In this document: one piece after another, positions 27,707-37,175 of the stretch | How the letters are laid out: each line of letters opens with the position of its first letter | Numbering within the stretch: the stretch's first letter is position 1 | NCBI GenBank assembly: GCA_040389905.1 | Contig: JAZJZK010000005.1 | Coordinates: 1-64,000, forward strand | DNA: 64,000 bases | From: Gemmatimonadota bacterium | Lineage (GTDB): Bacteria > Gemmatimonadota > Gemmatimonadetes > Gemmatimonadales > Gemmatimonadaceae | Direction: 5' to 3' | The notes under the pieces: generated by a model | What the model was told of the DNA's origin: nothing | The model's input: the letters and a program-made list of their open reading frames with translations, nothing else | The model's database searches: none | Translations under genes and position numbers: made by a program

Positions 27707-28998
27707 TGAAGCGCTTGCGAGTTACGGGTCGGATGCACGAAAAGCCACGCGAGGTTTGCCGCGACAGCCAGGAGCTGAACGACAAGCGCTGCCCCGTACG
27801 CGAGCGACGCGCCAAGGACTCCGTATTTCGGAATGAGGATGATGCAACCGGCGTACGCACAGCCGAGAAACACCAACGACGTTGCCACCTGCGGCCAGTA
27901 GGAGTTTGCCGCTGTGACGGCCGTTCCGAGAATGGCGCCCATGTTCGCGATCCCCGCGGATATCGCGGTGACCACGAGCACGTCGGCGTACCGCGCGTAG
28001 TCCGGCTTGTAGAGCAGCGTGAGGATCAACCCGCCGTATTCGTACGACACCACGCCGGAGACAAGCGTGACAGCGAACACCACGAGCAGCGCATACGACA
28101 CATACCGCAGAAACAACTTCTTGTCCGTGAGAAACGCGTCCGCGAGACTCGGCAGGATGGAGGTGCAGATTGCCGTCGTGAGGACACCGATCGCCACGGC
28201 GATGTACGCGATCGACGAGTAGTATCCGGTCTCCATCACACCGACCGAATCCGCCAGGTAGTACCGGGGAACGTTGACCGCAACGGAATTGATGGCGAGC
28301 ACCATGGCGATCGGGAAGGCGAATACGGCCAGACTCCATTCCCGCCGGAGTTTGCGGTCGGCGCCCACGCGCATGTTGTCGAGCAGTCCGCCCGGAATGA
28401 CCAGCCGCTTGCTCGGGATGTCGAAGAACAGGAGAACGGCCAACCACGACAACGCCACGAGCAGCACGCCCAACTCGAGCGAGTGGGCCAGCTTCATCCC
28501 GATGCCGAGTGACACCACGGACGCCGTGCCCTTGATGGCCTGCGAGATGGCGATCCGCCGGATGTTGCGGTTGCGCTGGAGCAATCCGAAGATGACGTCC
28601 GACACCGACTCGATGAGCTTGGCCGCGGTGACGAGCATCAACACCAGATAGACGGTGCGGTATTCCGGATTGACGGCGCCCGTAAGGGCGAGGACGATGA
28701 GGGCGCCGGCGTTGGTCAGGATGCGCAGGCGCAGGTACTCGTTGAACCTGTAGAGCCCGCGCGCATCCGCGGCCTGCAGCCCGCGGAGCTGGAGGTTGGA
28801 AAGATTGAAGACGGGTGCCGCGATGGCGAGGGCGAGCGCGTACGTGCCGACGAAGGACGGGTCTCCCGCCTTGGCGAGCACGATGAGCATTCCCCACTGG
28901 CAGCCGGCGTAGATCAGATTCCCGCCGAAGGCCCACGCCACGTTGATCAGAGTGCCGCGGTGCGCGGACAGCGACTCGATACGGCTCGCGAGGGTCAC
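27682..28998 (-). CDS. wzx: Wzx-type oligosaccharide flippase
   Basis: About 12 TMs; GNLIYAGCQW, GTYALALAI, NVPRY and IPKYGVLGA motifs. Confidence 0.85.
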   Translation of the reverse strand: MTLASRIESLSAHRGTLINVAWAFGGNLIYAGCQWGMLIVLAKAGDPSFVGTYALALAIAAPVFNLSNLQLRGLQAADARGLYRFNEYLRLRILTNAGALIVLALTGAVNPEYRTVYLVLMLVTAAKLIESVSDVIFGLLQRNRNIRRIAISQAIKGTASVVSLGIGMKLAHSLELGVLLVALSWLAVLLFFDIPSKRLVIPGGLLDNMRVGADRKLRREWSLAVFAFPIAMVLAINSVAVNVPRYYLADSVGVMETGYYSSIAYIAVAIGVLTTAICTSILPSLADAFLTDKKLFLRYVSYALLVVFAVTLVSGVVSYEYGGLILTLLYKPDYARYADVLVVTAISAGIANMGAILGTAVTAANSYWPQVATSLVFLGCAYAGCIILIPKYGVLGASLAYGAALVVQLLAVAANLAWLFVHPTRNSQALHAEGAEHR

Positions 28999-29936
28999 GA
29001 CGCGTGCCCGCTGCTCAACGCCACGTCGCGCACCTCGGAACCGCCGTTGAAGTCTTCCACAACCCGAAGCACACCGCCGACCTTGCGAAACAGCGTGGCG
29101 TGCGTGCCCACGTTGATGGCTTGGTTGCGACCGATCAGGAGCAACCCGTTCTCCCGCACACTTCTCGTCACGTTCCGTATGCCCTGCCGCAGCATGTCCG
29201 CAGGGAAATACCCAATGTTGAGAATGTTCATGCAGCGCACGAGATCGTATCGACCATCGATCTCCGTTCGGAACAGATCGTAGTCGATCGCAGCGATACG
29301 GTTTGCACGAATGAGCGCCGATGTACTGGGATCGAACAGTGCCGTCCGGTCAACCGGTAGTCGAGCCGCCTGCTCTCGGCTGGCTCGGATGAGACGCCCA
29401 AGCAGCAGGGAGATGAATTTGGTCGGTCGGAGCCGGGGATCGCAGTAGAACGGTCCGGCATATCCGAAAAGGAAATCGCCGTCGAGGTCGAACACTCGGC
29501 AGGGAAATCCGCGCGACACGCTGACTGCGCCGAACTTGTCCGAGATGTCCAGCACGACGTTGGGAAACTGGCGGCTCAGCGCCGCATGCAACTCGACGGC
29601 GGTGATGCCGGACGATACGGCGACGTCGTGGACTCGTGCCGGCGGATCGGCGCGCAGGAGCTCAATGAGGCGCGGCTCGATGTCCGCGAACCGGTTGCGC
29701 TCGGTCATCTTCGACGTCGTGTTCGCGAGGATGATCCGCGTGCAGATCTCCGCAAAGAGCGCGTCGTCGGTGATGCGGGACAGCTCGCGCAAGTCGAAGT
29801 TGAAGAATCGTCCGGTCAGCCCCTTGCGCGCGAGCCAGGCGTAGAGCTCTGGATTCCTGACAGTGAGTACTAGAATGGACCGAACGCCCCGGACATTTGC
29901 GAGAGGAGAAACAGGTACCGCTGTCGACGCCTCCAA
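28995..29936 (-). CDS. hypothetical protein with CheR-like SAM-fold C-terminus
   Basis: VHDVAVSSGITA and YDLVRCMNILN..YF..LRENGLLLIG resemble CheR-type methyltransferase motifs. Start uncertain. Confidence 0.55.
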   Translation of the reverse strand: MEASTAVPVSPLANVRGVRSILVLTVRNPELYAWLARKGLTGRFFNFDLRELSRITDDALFAEICTRIILANTTSKMTERNRFADIEPRLIELLRADPPARVHDVAVSSGITAVELHAALSRQFPNVVLDISDKFGAVSVSRGFPCRVFDLDGDFLFGYAGPFYCDPRLRPTKFISLLLGRLIRASREQAARLPVDRTALFDPSTSALIRANRIAAIDYDLFRTEIDGRYDLVRCMNILNIGYFPADMLRQGIRNVTRSVRENGLLLIGRNQAINVGTHATLFRKVGGVLRVVEDFNGGSEVRDVALSSGHAS

Positions 29937-30066
29937 GTATAACGGAGCCGGGTTGCTGGGACCACATGAGCGGAACTCTCAATGCCATTCAGCTTCCCAA
30001 GTCATGGTTGACATCGCCGGGATGGCATTCGCCAAGTCACGCGCCCAGCGCTATCGTTGGAACTCA

Positions 30067-30882
30067 ATGGACATTGCAGCAATTCGCCAAATCCGTGAAC
30101 GCGAGTTCCGACAGGTTCAGCGATTGGTCGCGCCTGCCGGAAAGGGGAAGCTCCTGGAAATCGGAGCGGGGGCGGGTTGGCAGGCCAAGGCGCTCGCGGA
30201 GAGTGGCTTGGACGTTGTCGCCATCGACGTGGGCACGAGTGAATACGGGGAGGCACGCGTATTCCCGGTGCTGCTGTACGACGGAAAGCATATCCCGCTC
30301 GACGACGCAAGCGTCGACGTGGTGTTCTCGTCAAATGTGCTCGAGCACGTACCGCACGTGCGCGCCTTTCAGGATGAAATCGCGCGCGTCCTCCAGCCCA
30401 ATGGCTTCGCCGTTCACATGATGCCTACGACGAGCTGGCGTGTATGGACCAGTGTTGCACATTACGTCCACATCGTCAAATGGCTGTACGGGCGTGTGGC
30501 GGGGGCGTCGCCCGCAGCCGGTGCTCCTGTTGTATCCGGCGAAACGCCGGCGGTCGTGCCACCCCCCGGGGGTAAGCTGACACGGCTTCTGCGGCTGGCT
30601 TTCCCGTATTCGCACGGAGAAATAGCTTCGCCCGTGAGCGAGCTGTGGCTCTTCAACAAGCTGCGGTGGACTCGGCTGTTTCAGCAGGCGGGCTGGACTG
30701 TCGAACATGTCGAGAGCAATGACTTGTTCTACACCGGCTATCTCGTCTTCGGCTCACAACTCGCGATGGCACAACGGGAAAGTCTCAGCGCCCTTCTGGG
30801 AGGAAGCTGCAACGCCTACGTGGTGCGACCACCGAATCGGATCCGTATTCCAGCAGTCAACGCAGCTGCGGTGTCGCCGTAA
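30067..30882 (+). CDS. class I SAM-dependent methyltransferase
   Basis: LLEIGAGAG, VDVVFSSNVLEHV and RVLQPNG motifs. Confidence 0.88.
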   Translation: MDIAAIRQIREREFRQVQRLVAPAGKGKLLEIGAGAGWQAKALAESGLDVVAIDVGTSEYGEARVFPVLLYDGKHIPLDDASVDVVFSSNVLEHVPHVRAFQDEIARVLQPNGFAVHMMPTTSWRVWTSVAHYVHIVKWLYGRVAGASPAAGAPVVSGETPAVVPPPGGKLTRLLRLAFPYSHGEIASPVSELWLFNKLRWTRLFQQAGWTVEHVESNDLFYTGYLVFGSQLAMAQRESLSALLGGSCNAYVVRPPNRIRIPAVNAAAVSP

Positions 30883-30894
30883 CGGACTGAACGG

Positions 30895-31575
30895 TCAGGA
30901 TCGATTCGCGCGCGGCTTGAGCGTCAGGTCGCGCATCCGACAGATGGCCAGGGTATCAGGCGGGACGTCTTCAGTAATCGTCGAGCCGGCAGCAATCACT
31001 GAGTTTTCCCCAATGGTAACCGGCGCGATCATCATCACGCCTGACCCAACATAGGCGCCGGAGTGGATCGTCGTCGGGTTCACTCCAGAGCCATCGTGAT
31101 TGCACGTGATCGAGCCGGCGCCGATCACCACGTCGTCACCCAGCGTGGCGTTCCCCACGAAGCTGTGGTGGTTGATCTTGCACCCGGTGCCCATCGTCGT
31201 GGCCTTGATCTCGACGAAGTTGCCGATCTGGCATGAGGCGCCGATCATCGCTCCCGGCCTGAGCCGCGCATACGGACCGACCTGCGATCGAACGCCCACA
31301 TGCGCGGACTGAAGCGTGGTGAAATCCTTGATCACCGCGCCTGACTCGATGACGGCGTCTTCGATGATGCAGTGTGCGCCAATCGAAACGTCGTCGCCGA
31401 GCTCGACAGTTCCCTTGAAGATGACGTTGATGCCGACCGAGACATTCGTCCCGAACGTCAGCGTTCCCAGCACGTCGATGCGTGAGGGATCATCGAGGTG
31501 CAGACCGCGCTCGGTGAGGGCGAGCGCGGCAGCCAGCTTTGCGTCCTGTGCTGCGCGGAACTCTATCTCGCGCAT
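30895..31575 (-). CDS. stand-alone GlmU-type left-handed beta-helix acyltransferase
   Basis: GPYARLRPG, IGNFVEIK, IGAGSITCNHDG and IAAGSTITEDVP match the C-terminal half of GlmU; no uridyltransferase domain. Confidence 0.82.
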   Translation of the reverse strand: MREIEFRAAQDAKLAAALALTERGLHLDDPSRIDVLGTLTFGTNVSVGINVIFKGTVELGDDVSIGAHCIIEDAVIESGAVIKDFTTLQSAHVGVRSQVGPYARLRPGAMIGASCQIGNFVEIKATTMGTGCKINHHSFVGNATLGDDVVIGAGSITCNHDGSGVNPTTIHSGAYVGSGVMMIAPVTIGENSVIAAGSTITEDVPPDTLAICRMRDLTLKPRANRS

Positions 31576-32525
31576 ACCGACACGTCGCGCATCAGCCGCG
31601 CCTGCCCCTCAGCGCTGTCGTAGAGTCGCTCGCGTGCTGCGCTGTCGGTGGTCGCCGCGGAAACGACTTCGAACATTCCCGCAAATGCACTTGCCGACGC
31701 CACCTGAAGCGCCGATGCGGCGCCACTTCGGTCGCGCCGAATGATGACGGAGTCGAGCGGCGTATCCTTCGCGAACAGCCGGTTGGCGTACACAGAACCG
31801 CCCTCGCCGATGATGGTCATTTCGGCAGTATAGGCACGATTGTATCCCCACGTTACATCCGCGCGCGTTCCCGAATCGAAGAGGAGCGCGGCGTCGCCGG
31901 CGGTGTCCACGCTTTCACCGGACGCTGAGCGGATGTTTGCGTGCAGCACTCGCGGTGCGTGCCCAAAGAGCGCGCGCGCGAGGCAGAGCGTGTAGCACGC
32001 CACGTCGAGGAAGGCGCCGCCACCAAGGTCCGCGTTGCCGCGAAAGCCGGGTTGCGCGAGCGGTGGCAGGCCGAAGGAGGCGAATGCGTGGAGCGACCGC
32101 CCGAAGGCGGGGTCGCGGATGATCGAGCGGATGGCTTCGATGCGCGGATGATATTGAAACATCAACGCCTCGCAGATGACCAACGCCCGCGAGCGGGCCT
32201 CCGCTACCAGCGCGAGTGACTGCGTCGGGCTCGCCGTGAGGCTCTTTTCGCATATCAGGTGCTTCCCCGCGCCCAACACCAACATCCCATGTTCGAAGTG
32301 CAGACCGGTGGGTGTCGTCACGTAGACGGCGTCGACCGACGCGTCGCTCAACATCTCCTCCGGAGTCCGCCAACGCTTTGTTCCCCACCGTGCGATGGCG
32401 TCCGCAACCTTTTCCTCACTCCGGCTCACCACACCAGCCAGTTCGAGGACATTCGACTCACCGATCGCCGGGAGAATGTTCTTGAACGCATGAGGACCAA
32501 GTCCCCATACCGCGATGCGGGTCAT
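31563..32525 (-). CDS. Gfo/Idh/MocA oxidoreductase (NDP-hexose ketoreductase-like)
   Basis: GLGxHA, HLICEKSL and LGGGAFLDVACY motifs. Confidence 0.85.
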   Translation of the reverse strand: MTRIAVWGLGPHAFKNILPAIGESNVLELAGVVSRSEEKVADAIARWGTKRWRTPEEMLSDASVDAVYVTTPTGLHFEHGMLVLGAGKHLICEKSLTASPTQSLALVAEARSRALVICEALMFQYHPRIEAIRSIIRDPAFGRSLHAFASFGLPPLAQPGFRGNADLGGGAFLDVACYTLCLARALFGHAPRVLHANIRSASGESVDTAGDAALLFDSGTRADVTWGYNRAYTAEMTIIGEGGSVYANRLFAKDTPLDSVIIRRDRSGAASALQVASASAFAGMFEVVSAATTDSAARERLYDSAEGQARLMRDVSVCAR

Positions 32526-32529
32526 GGTA

Positions 32530-33564
32530 TCACGTGGGAGTTGTCCCGGTCTTCTCGACGGGCGCGAAACGCTCCACCAGGTAGTACAGGAGAATCAGGA
32601 GGCCCGTTGCGGCTCCGACGACGAATCCCCACGATCCGGGATTTCTCCATCCAAACCAGCAGAGCCCGGTAAGAACAAGATCGGCAAGCAGTACGACGAC
32701 CGTCACCGGTCCGTGGCGACCAAGACGAAGCGCGGCTCGCTGATAGCCGCTCTCGCGGTGTGTCGTGCGCCAATTCTCACCGCGAAGAATCCGGCGCAGG
32801 AGCGTGACGGTCGAATCGAACACGAAGACGCCGAGCAGTGTCAGCCAGCCCACCGCTGGCAGTCCGTTGGTGCGATCGGACGCCAGCGCCAGCACCACAA
32901 ACGCATAACCGAGGAAGCCAGAGGCGACGTCCCCCATGAAGACCTTCGCCGGGGGAAGATTCCAGATGAGAAACCCCAGGCTTGCCGCGGCGATGAGAAA
33001 CGCGAGAAATGCGATGCCGGACTGGCCACCAAGGAGGGAAAACACTCCGCCGATCACCCCCACATACACCGCCTCCGAGGCGGCGAGGGCGTCGAGGCCA
33101 TCCATGAAATTGTACGAGCTGATGGCCCAGGTGACGACGAGTATCGAGACGAGGGTGGCAAACGCACCCATGGCTTGGCTTGTGGAACCGAGCCGAAGTA
33201 CCTCGAAACTGCCAAGCCACGAGACGGCCCAGATGGCGGAGGCGAGATGGACCATGAGGCGGACGATCGGGGACACCCCACCGCGATCGTCAATCCAACC
33301 GATGATGGCGACGGCAGCACCGCCGCCGAGCAACACGGGAATCACGTGGCTCGGGAGCCACTGGAGCAGCGTTGCGAGGCCGACGCCGGCAAGGACCACC
33401 AGGACGGCACCGAGTCCGCCTCCCCTGGGCGTTGGAACGGAGTGTGAACTGCGGTGGCTCGGCAGGTCCAGAATGTTCTGGCGCACAAGGTAGCCACGGA
33501 TCATGCCGACCAGTGCCCAGCTCACGGGTGCGGCGACGAGTGCCACGGCGATTCCCGCTTTCAC
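32530..33564 (-). CDS. MraY/WecA-family undecaprenyl-phosphate HexNAc-1-P transferase (WbpL-like)
   Basis: RSSH..PTPRGGG, GWIDD, YNFMDGLD, NLPPAKVFMGD and HR..YQ motifs. Confidence 0.9.
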   Translation of the reverse strand: MKAGIAVALVAAPVSWALVGMIRGYLVRQNILDLPSHRSSHSVPTPRGGGLGAVLVVLAGVGLATLLQWLPSHVIPVLLGGGAAVAIIGWIDDRGGVSPIVRLMVHLASAIWAVSWLGSFEVLRLGSTSQAMGAFATLVSILVVTWAISSYNFMDGLDALAASEAVYVGVIGGVFSLLGGQSGIAFLAFLIAAASLGFLIWNLPPAKVFMGDVASGFLGYAFVVLALASDRTNGLPAVGWLTLLGVFVFDSTVTLLRRILRGENWRTTHRESGYQRAALRLGRHGPVTVVVLLADLVLTGLCWFGWRNPGSWGFVVGAATGLLILLYYLVERFAPVEKTGTTPT

Positions 33565-33825
33565 GATGTGCTCCGCATCGGGGCAGAACGGTGTTCGAGC
33601 GCCAGTCTGCGCAGATTCAAGAGTTTCCTACGGCTCAAGCCGTTGCGAGTTCGTCCTGAAGTGGAGCGACAAAGCTAACGCAATGAAGTGCATAGTTCTA
33701 CGCGGTCCAATTTGCGCCTCGGGGTGTGGCAACGGCGTGCTGCGTCCGATAATTTTTCACAAGTAATTCAGCATCCGAATCCGAACTTGGCCGTCGCCGG
33801 CGGCAGCCTGGTTCGACCGTCCCTC

Positions 33826-35103
33826 ATGTCCAGCGGAATGCCTCGCGACAAAGAAAGCGTTCTGGTTCTTACCATGCTGTACGCGCCGGAACCGAATTTC
33901 ATCACGCAAGACGTGGCGAACGCGTTCGCGCGGACGGCGGATGTCACGGTCATCACGGCATTCCCGAACTACCCGCTCAGCGGGTTCTACGACGGCAAGT
34001 GGCATTTTCTCCCGAGGAAGACCGTCGAGGGCGAGGTGACGGTCTGGCGGGTGCCGATGTTTCCGGACCGAAGCCGTTCCCAGCTTCGTCGCGCCCTGTC
34101 CTACATCTCGTTCACGTTGTCCGCCTGTCTGGTCGCGCCATTCGTCGGGGGCATGCCACGGGTGGTCTGGGTCTACAACACCCCGTTCACCATCGGCTGG
34201 GCCGCCCTGTGGTTCAAGGCGCTTTTCGGGTCGCAGCTCGTCTTCACCTATTCGGATCTCTGGCCGGAGAGCTTTCTCGCCACCGGTGTGTCCCGGCCGG
34301 GACGCCTGATCGACATCCTGTTCGCGTTTCGCCGCTGGATCAATGAGAAGGCCGACGTGATTTTCGGGTCGACTCGGGGGACGGTGAAGCGCTTCGAGCA
34401 GGACGGAGTACCGGCGAGCCGCCTCCACTACATCCCGGTGTGGGTTCAGGGAATTCAGGAAGCGGAGCCGGAACAGCCCGATACGCCGCCGCGAATCGTC
34501 TACGCGGGAAACATGGGAACGGGGCAGAATCTCGACTGCGTTGTGCGAGCCGCCGGGCTCATGGCGAAGGCGGGCAGCCCAGTGCGCTTCGATTTCTACG
34601 GGTACGGGGTCGAGGAGGAACGCCTGAAGGCACTCGCCCATGAAGTGCAGGCCACGAATCTCAAGTTCCACGGCCGCGTCAGCTCGGACGAGGCGTTTCG
34701 CGTGTCGTCGAGGGCATTGGCGCAGGTCGTCACGCTGCGGCCGGATCCCATGTTCGACATGACGCTTCCCTCGAAGCTCCCATTTTGCTTCGCGGCGGGC
34801 GCGCCGGTTCTGTACTCACTGCGCGGCGAGGCGGCCTCCGTCGCTGATCAGTCCGGTGCAGGCTTCGCGTTCGACGGAGACGATCCGATGACTTTCGTTC
34901 AGCGCGTCGAGGAGCTTCTGGCGATGAGCGCGCACCAACGCCGCATGCTCGGCGAGCGGTTGCGTGCTCACTACCGTACAGAGTTCAGCCGCGAGATGCT
35001 ACTGAGCCGGTATCAGGCTATCATTCTCGGACTCGGCAATTCTCCTGTCGATGGAGTGGGAACGTCGCCCCGAAGCGAGTCCGCTCTGGCTCCGAAGCTG
35101 TAG
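33826..35103 (+). CDS. GT4 glycosyltransferase (WbuB-like, L-FucNAc/L-QuiNAc transferase)
   Basis: TAFPNYP, DLWPES, YAGNMG..QNL and TLPSKL motifs; adjacent to fnl/qnl-type genes. Confidence 0.8.
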   Translation: MSSGMPRDKESVLVLTMLYAPEPNFITQDVANAFARTADVTVITAFPNYPLSGFYDGKWHFLPRKTVEGEVTVWRVPMFPDRSRSQLRRALSYISFTLSACLVAPFVGGMPRVVWVYNTPFTIGWAALWFKALFGSQLVFTYSDLWPESFLATGVSRPGRLIDILFAFRRWINEKADVIFGSTRGTVKRFEQDGVPASRLHYIPVWVQGIQEAEPEQPDTPPRIVYAGNMGTGQNLDCVVRAAGLMAKAGSPVRFDFYGYGVEEERLKALAHEVQATNLKFHGRVSSDEAFRVSSRALAQVVTLRPDPMFDMTLPSKLPFCFAAGAPVLYSLRGEAASVADQSGAGFAFDGDDPMTFVQRVEELLAMSAHQRRMLGERLRAHYRTEFSREMLLSRYQAIILGLGNSPVDGVGTSPRSESALAPKL

Positions 35104-35176
35104 TTCCGCGAATACATTAGCCACAGACGTCCGGCCCAGGTCGCGACGTCCTTTTTCCATGTTCTTCGTCCACTGA

Positions 35177-36094
35177 ATGGCGCACAAGAGAATTCTGATC
35201 GTCGGTGGCACCGGCATGCTGGGGCACAAGCTCGCGCAGGTGGCGGCTGCCGCCGGAGACATCGAGACGCATGTCACCTGTCGTCAGCTACCTGCCGAGC
35301 GATTCCGAGCGGCGGGCGCGACCTATCATTCCGGCGTGGAACTCGGGGTGGAGCACGCACGCCTGTCTGCCACCGTGAAGGATGTCTCGCCCGATTTCGT
35401 GCTCAATGCGGCGGGCGCGATCAAGCACCGAGACCTGTCGTCCGATGCGGCAGGCACCCTGTTTCTCAACGGCGCGCTGCCGCATGCGCTCGCCGCCATG
35501 AACCCGAATCCGGCCGGCCGGGTCATCCACTTTTCGACCGACTGCGTGTTCACCGGCGCGAAGGGTGACTATCGCGAAGCGGACCAGCCGGACGCCGGCG
35601 ACTTGTATGGACTTTCGAAGGCGGCAGGGGAACTGCGGTACGCGCCGCACCTGACGATCAGGACGTCCATCATCGGATTCGAGCTCGCGAATCACCTGGG
35701 GCTGCTCGCGTGGTTCATGCGGCAGCCGCAGGGCTCCACGGTGAAGGGCTACACGCGCGCTATTTTCAGTGGACTCCCGACGGTTACCTTGAGCCGCCTG
35801 GTGCTGGAGCTCGTGCGAGGCGACACGCCCTTGACCGGTCTCTACCACGTGGCGTCTGAACCCATCGCGAAGGTGGATTTGCTCACGCGAATTCGGGACG
35901 CCTTTCAACTCGACCGAACGATCGTTCCGTCGAGCGACGTTGCCATTGACCGCTCGCTCGACGACACACGTTTTCGCGACGCGACGGGAACGAGCCGGCC
36001 CGGGTGGGACGCGCTCATCGAGGAAATGAAGCAGGATTACCAGTCGCTCCCGTATGACGTGGGCGTAACGAACATCGTGGAGGCAAGTACGTGA
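35177..36094 (+). CDS. RmlD-like SDR 4-reductase (QnlA/WbvR-like)
   Basis: GGTGMLG, HFSTDCVF, YGLSK..GE, RTSIIG and AIFSGLPT motifs. Confidence 0.8.
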   Translation: MAHKRILIVGGTGMLGHKLAQVAAAAGDIETHVTCRQLPAERFRAAGATYHSGVELGVEHARLSATVKDVSPDFVLNAAGAIKHRDLSSDAAGTLFLNGALPHALAAMNPNPAGRVIHFSTDCVFTGAKGDYREADQPDAGDLYGLSKAAGELRYAPHLTIRTSIIGFELANHLGLLAWFMRQPQGSTVKGYTRAIFSGLPTVTLSRLVLELVRGDTPLTGLYHVASEPIAKVDLLTRIRDAFQLDRTIVPSSDVAIDRSLDDTRFRDATGTSRPGWDALIEEMKQDYQSLPYDVGVTNIVEAST

Positions 36095-37173
36095 AGCTCA
36101 CTACCGAGCGGCGGACGCTCGACGGCGCCAATGTTCTCATCCTCGGAGGCACGGGCTCGCTGGGACAGCGCCTGTTCCACCGCCTCGCCACCGACGAAGC
36201 CGGCAGGGCAGAATCCGTGACGGTGCTGTCGCGCGACGAGGCGAAGCAGCACTACATGCGCCTCGACATCATGAACGCGGCCAGTGCGACGGACGACGTG
36301 ATCTACCGCGAGAGCGCCTCGCGCGTCCGGTTCGTCATCGGTGATGTGCGGAATTACCCGGACATGCGCCGAGCCGTGGACCGTGCCGACGTCATTTTCC
36401 ATGCGGCGGCGCTGAAGCAGGTGCCCACCTGTGAGTACTTCGGATCGGCCGCTGTGGACACCAATGTCTACGGCGCCATCAACCTGGCGCGCGCGATCGT
36501 GGAGTCGCCCCAGCGTGAGAAGCACGTCGTCGGCATCTCGACGGACAAGGCGTGCAAGCCGGTCAACTTGATGGGAATGACGAAGGCCATTCAAGAGCGC
36601 ATCCTCATCCAGGCGGCGCTGGAATCACCGGGGGCGCGCGTCTCCAACGTTCGTTACGGCAACGTGATGGCCTCGCGCGGATCGGCGGTGCCCTTCTTCA
36701 TCGACCTCGTGCGCAGCGGCCGGAAGATTCCGATCACGGACGAGCGCATGACGCGCTTCCTCATGACGCTCGACCAGTCGGTGGACCTCATCCTGGCCGC
36801 GTTTCGGGGCGCACGCACGGGAGAGACCTACCTCCCGATGGTGCCCTGTGCGAAAGTCACGGACATGGCCTTCGCGATTGCCGGCCGCGACGACTATCCC
36901 ATCGAGATCACCGGCATTCGCCCGGGTGAAAAGATCCACGAAATCCTGATCAGCGAAGAAGAGATTTCGCGCACCGAGCTGCGTGGCGACAACCTCGTCA
37001 TCCTGCCGATCCTCCCGGAGCTTCGCACCGAAGCACCCGCAAACCAGGATTTTCCCTTCGACGGCGAGTATACCTCCGCCCAGAACAACCTCGATCTCGC
37101 GGGCGTGAAGGAACTGCTCGAGCGACACAAGCTCACGGCGCACACCGCGGCGGCGGTGCCCGCATACGCCTGA
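36091..37173 (+). CDS. fnlA: UDP-GlcNAc 4,6-dehydratase/5-epimerase (FnlA/WbjB/CapE family)
   Basis: GGTGSLG, SRDEAKQ, HAAALKQVPTCE, STDKAC.P, RYGNVMASRGS, GIRPGEKIHE. Confidence 0.8.
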   Translation: MKLTTERRTLDGANVLILGGTGSLGQRLFHRLATDEAGRAESVTVLSRDEAKQHYMRLDIMNAASATDDVIYRESASRVRFVIGDVRNYPDMRRAVDRADVIFHAAALKQVPTCEYFGSAAVDTNVYGAINLARAIVESPQREKHVVGISTDKACKPVNLMGMTKAIQERILIQAALESPGARVSNVRYGNVMASRGSAVPFFIDLVRSGRKIPITDERMTRFLMTLDQSVDLILAAFRGARTGETYLPMVPCAKVTDMAFAIAGRDDYPIEITGIRPGEKIHEILISEEEISRTELRGDNLVILPILPELRTEAPANQDFPFDGEYTSAQNNLDLAGVKELLERHKLTAHTAAAVPAYA

Positions 37174-37175
37174 CG

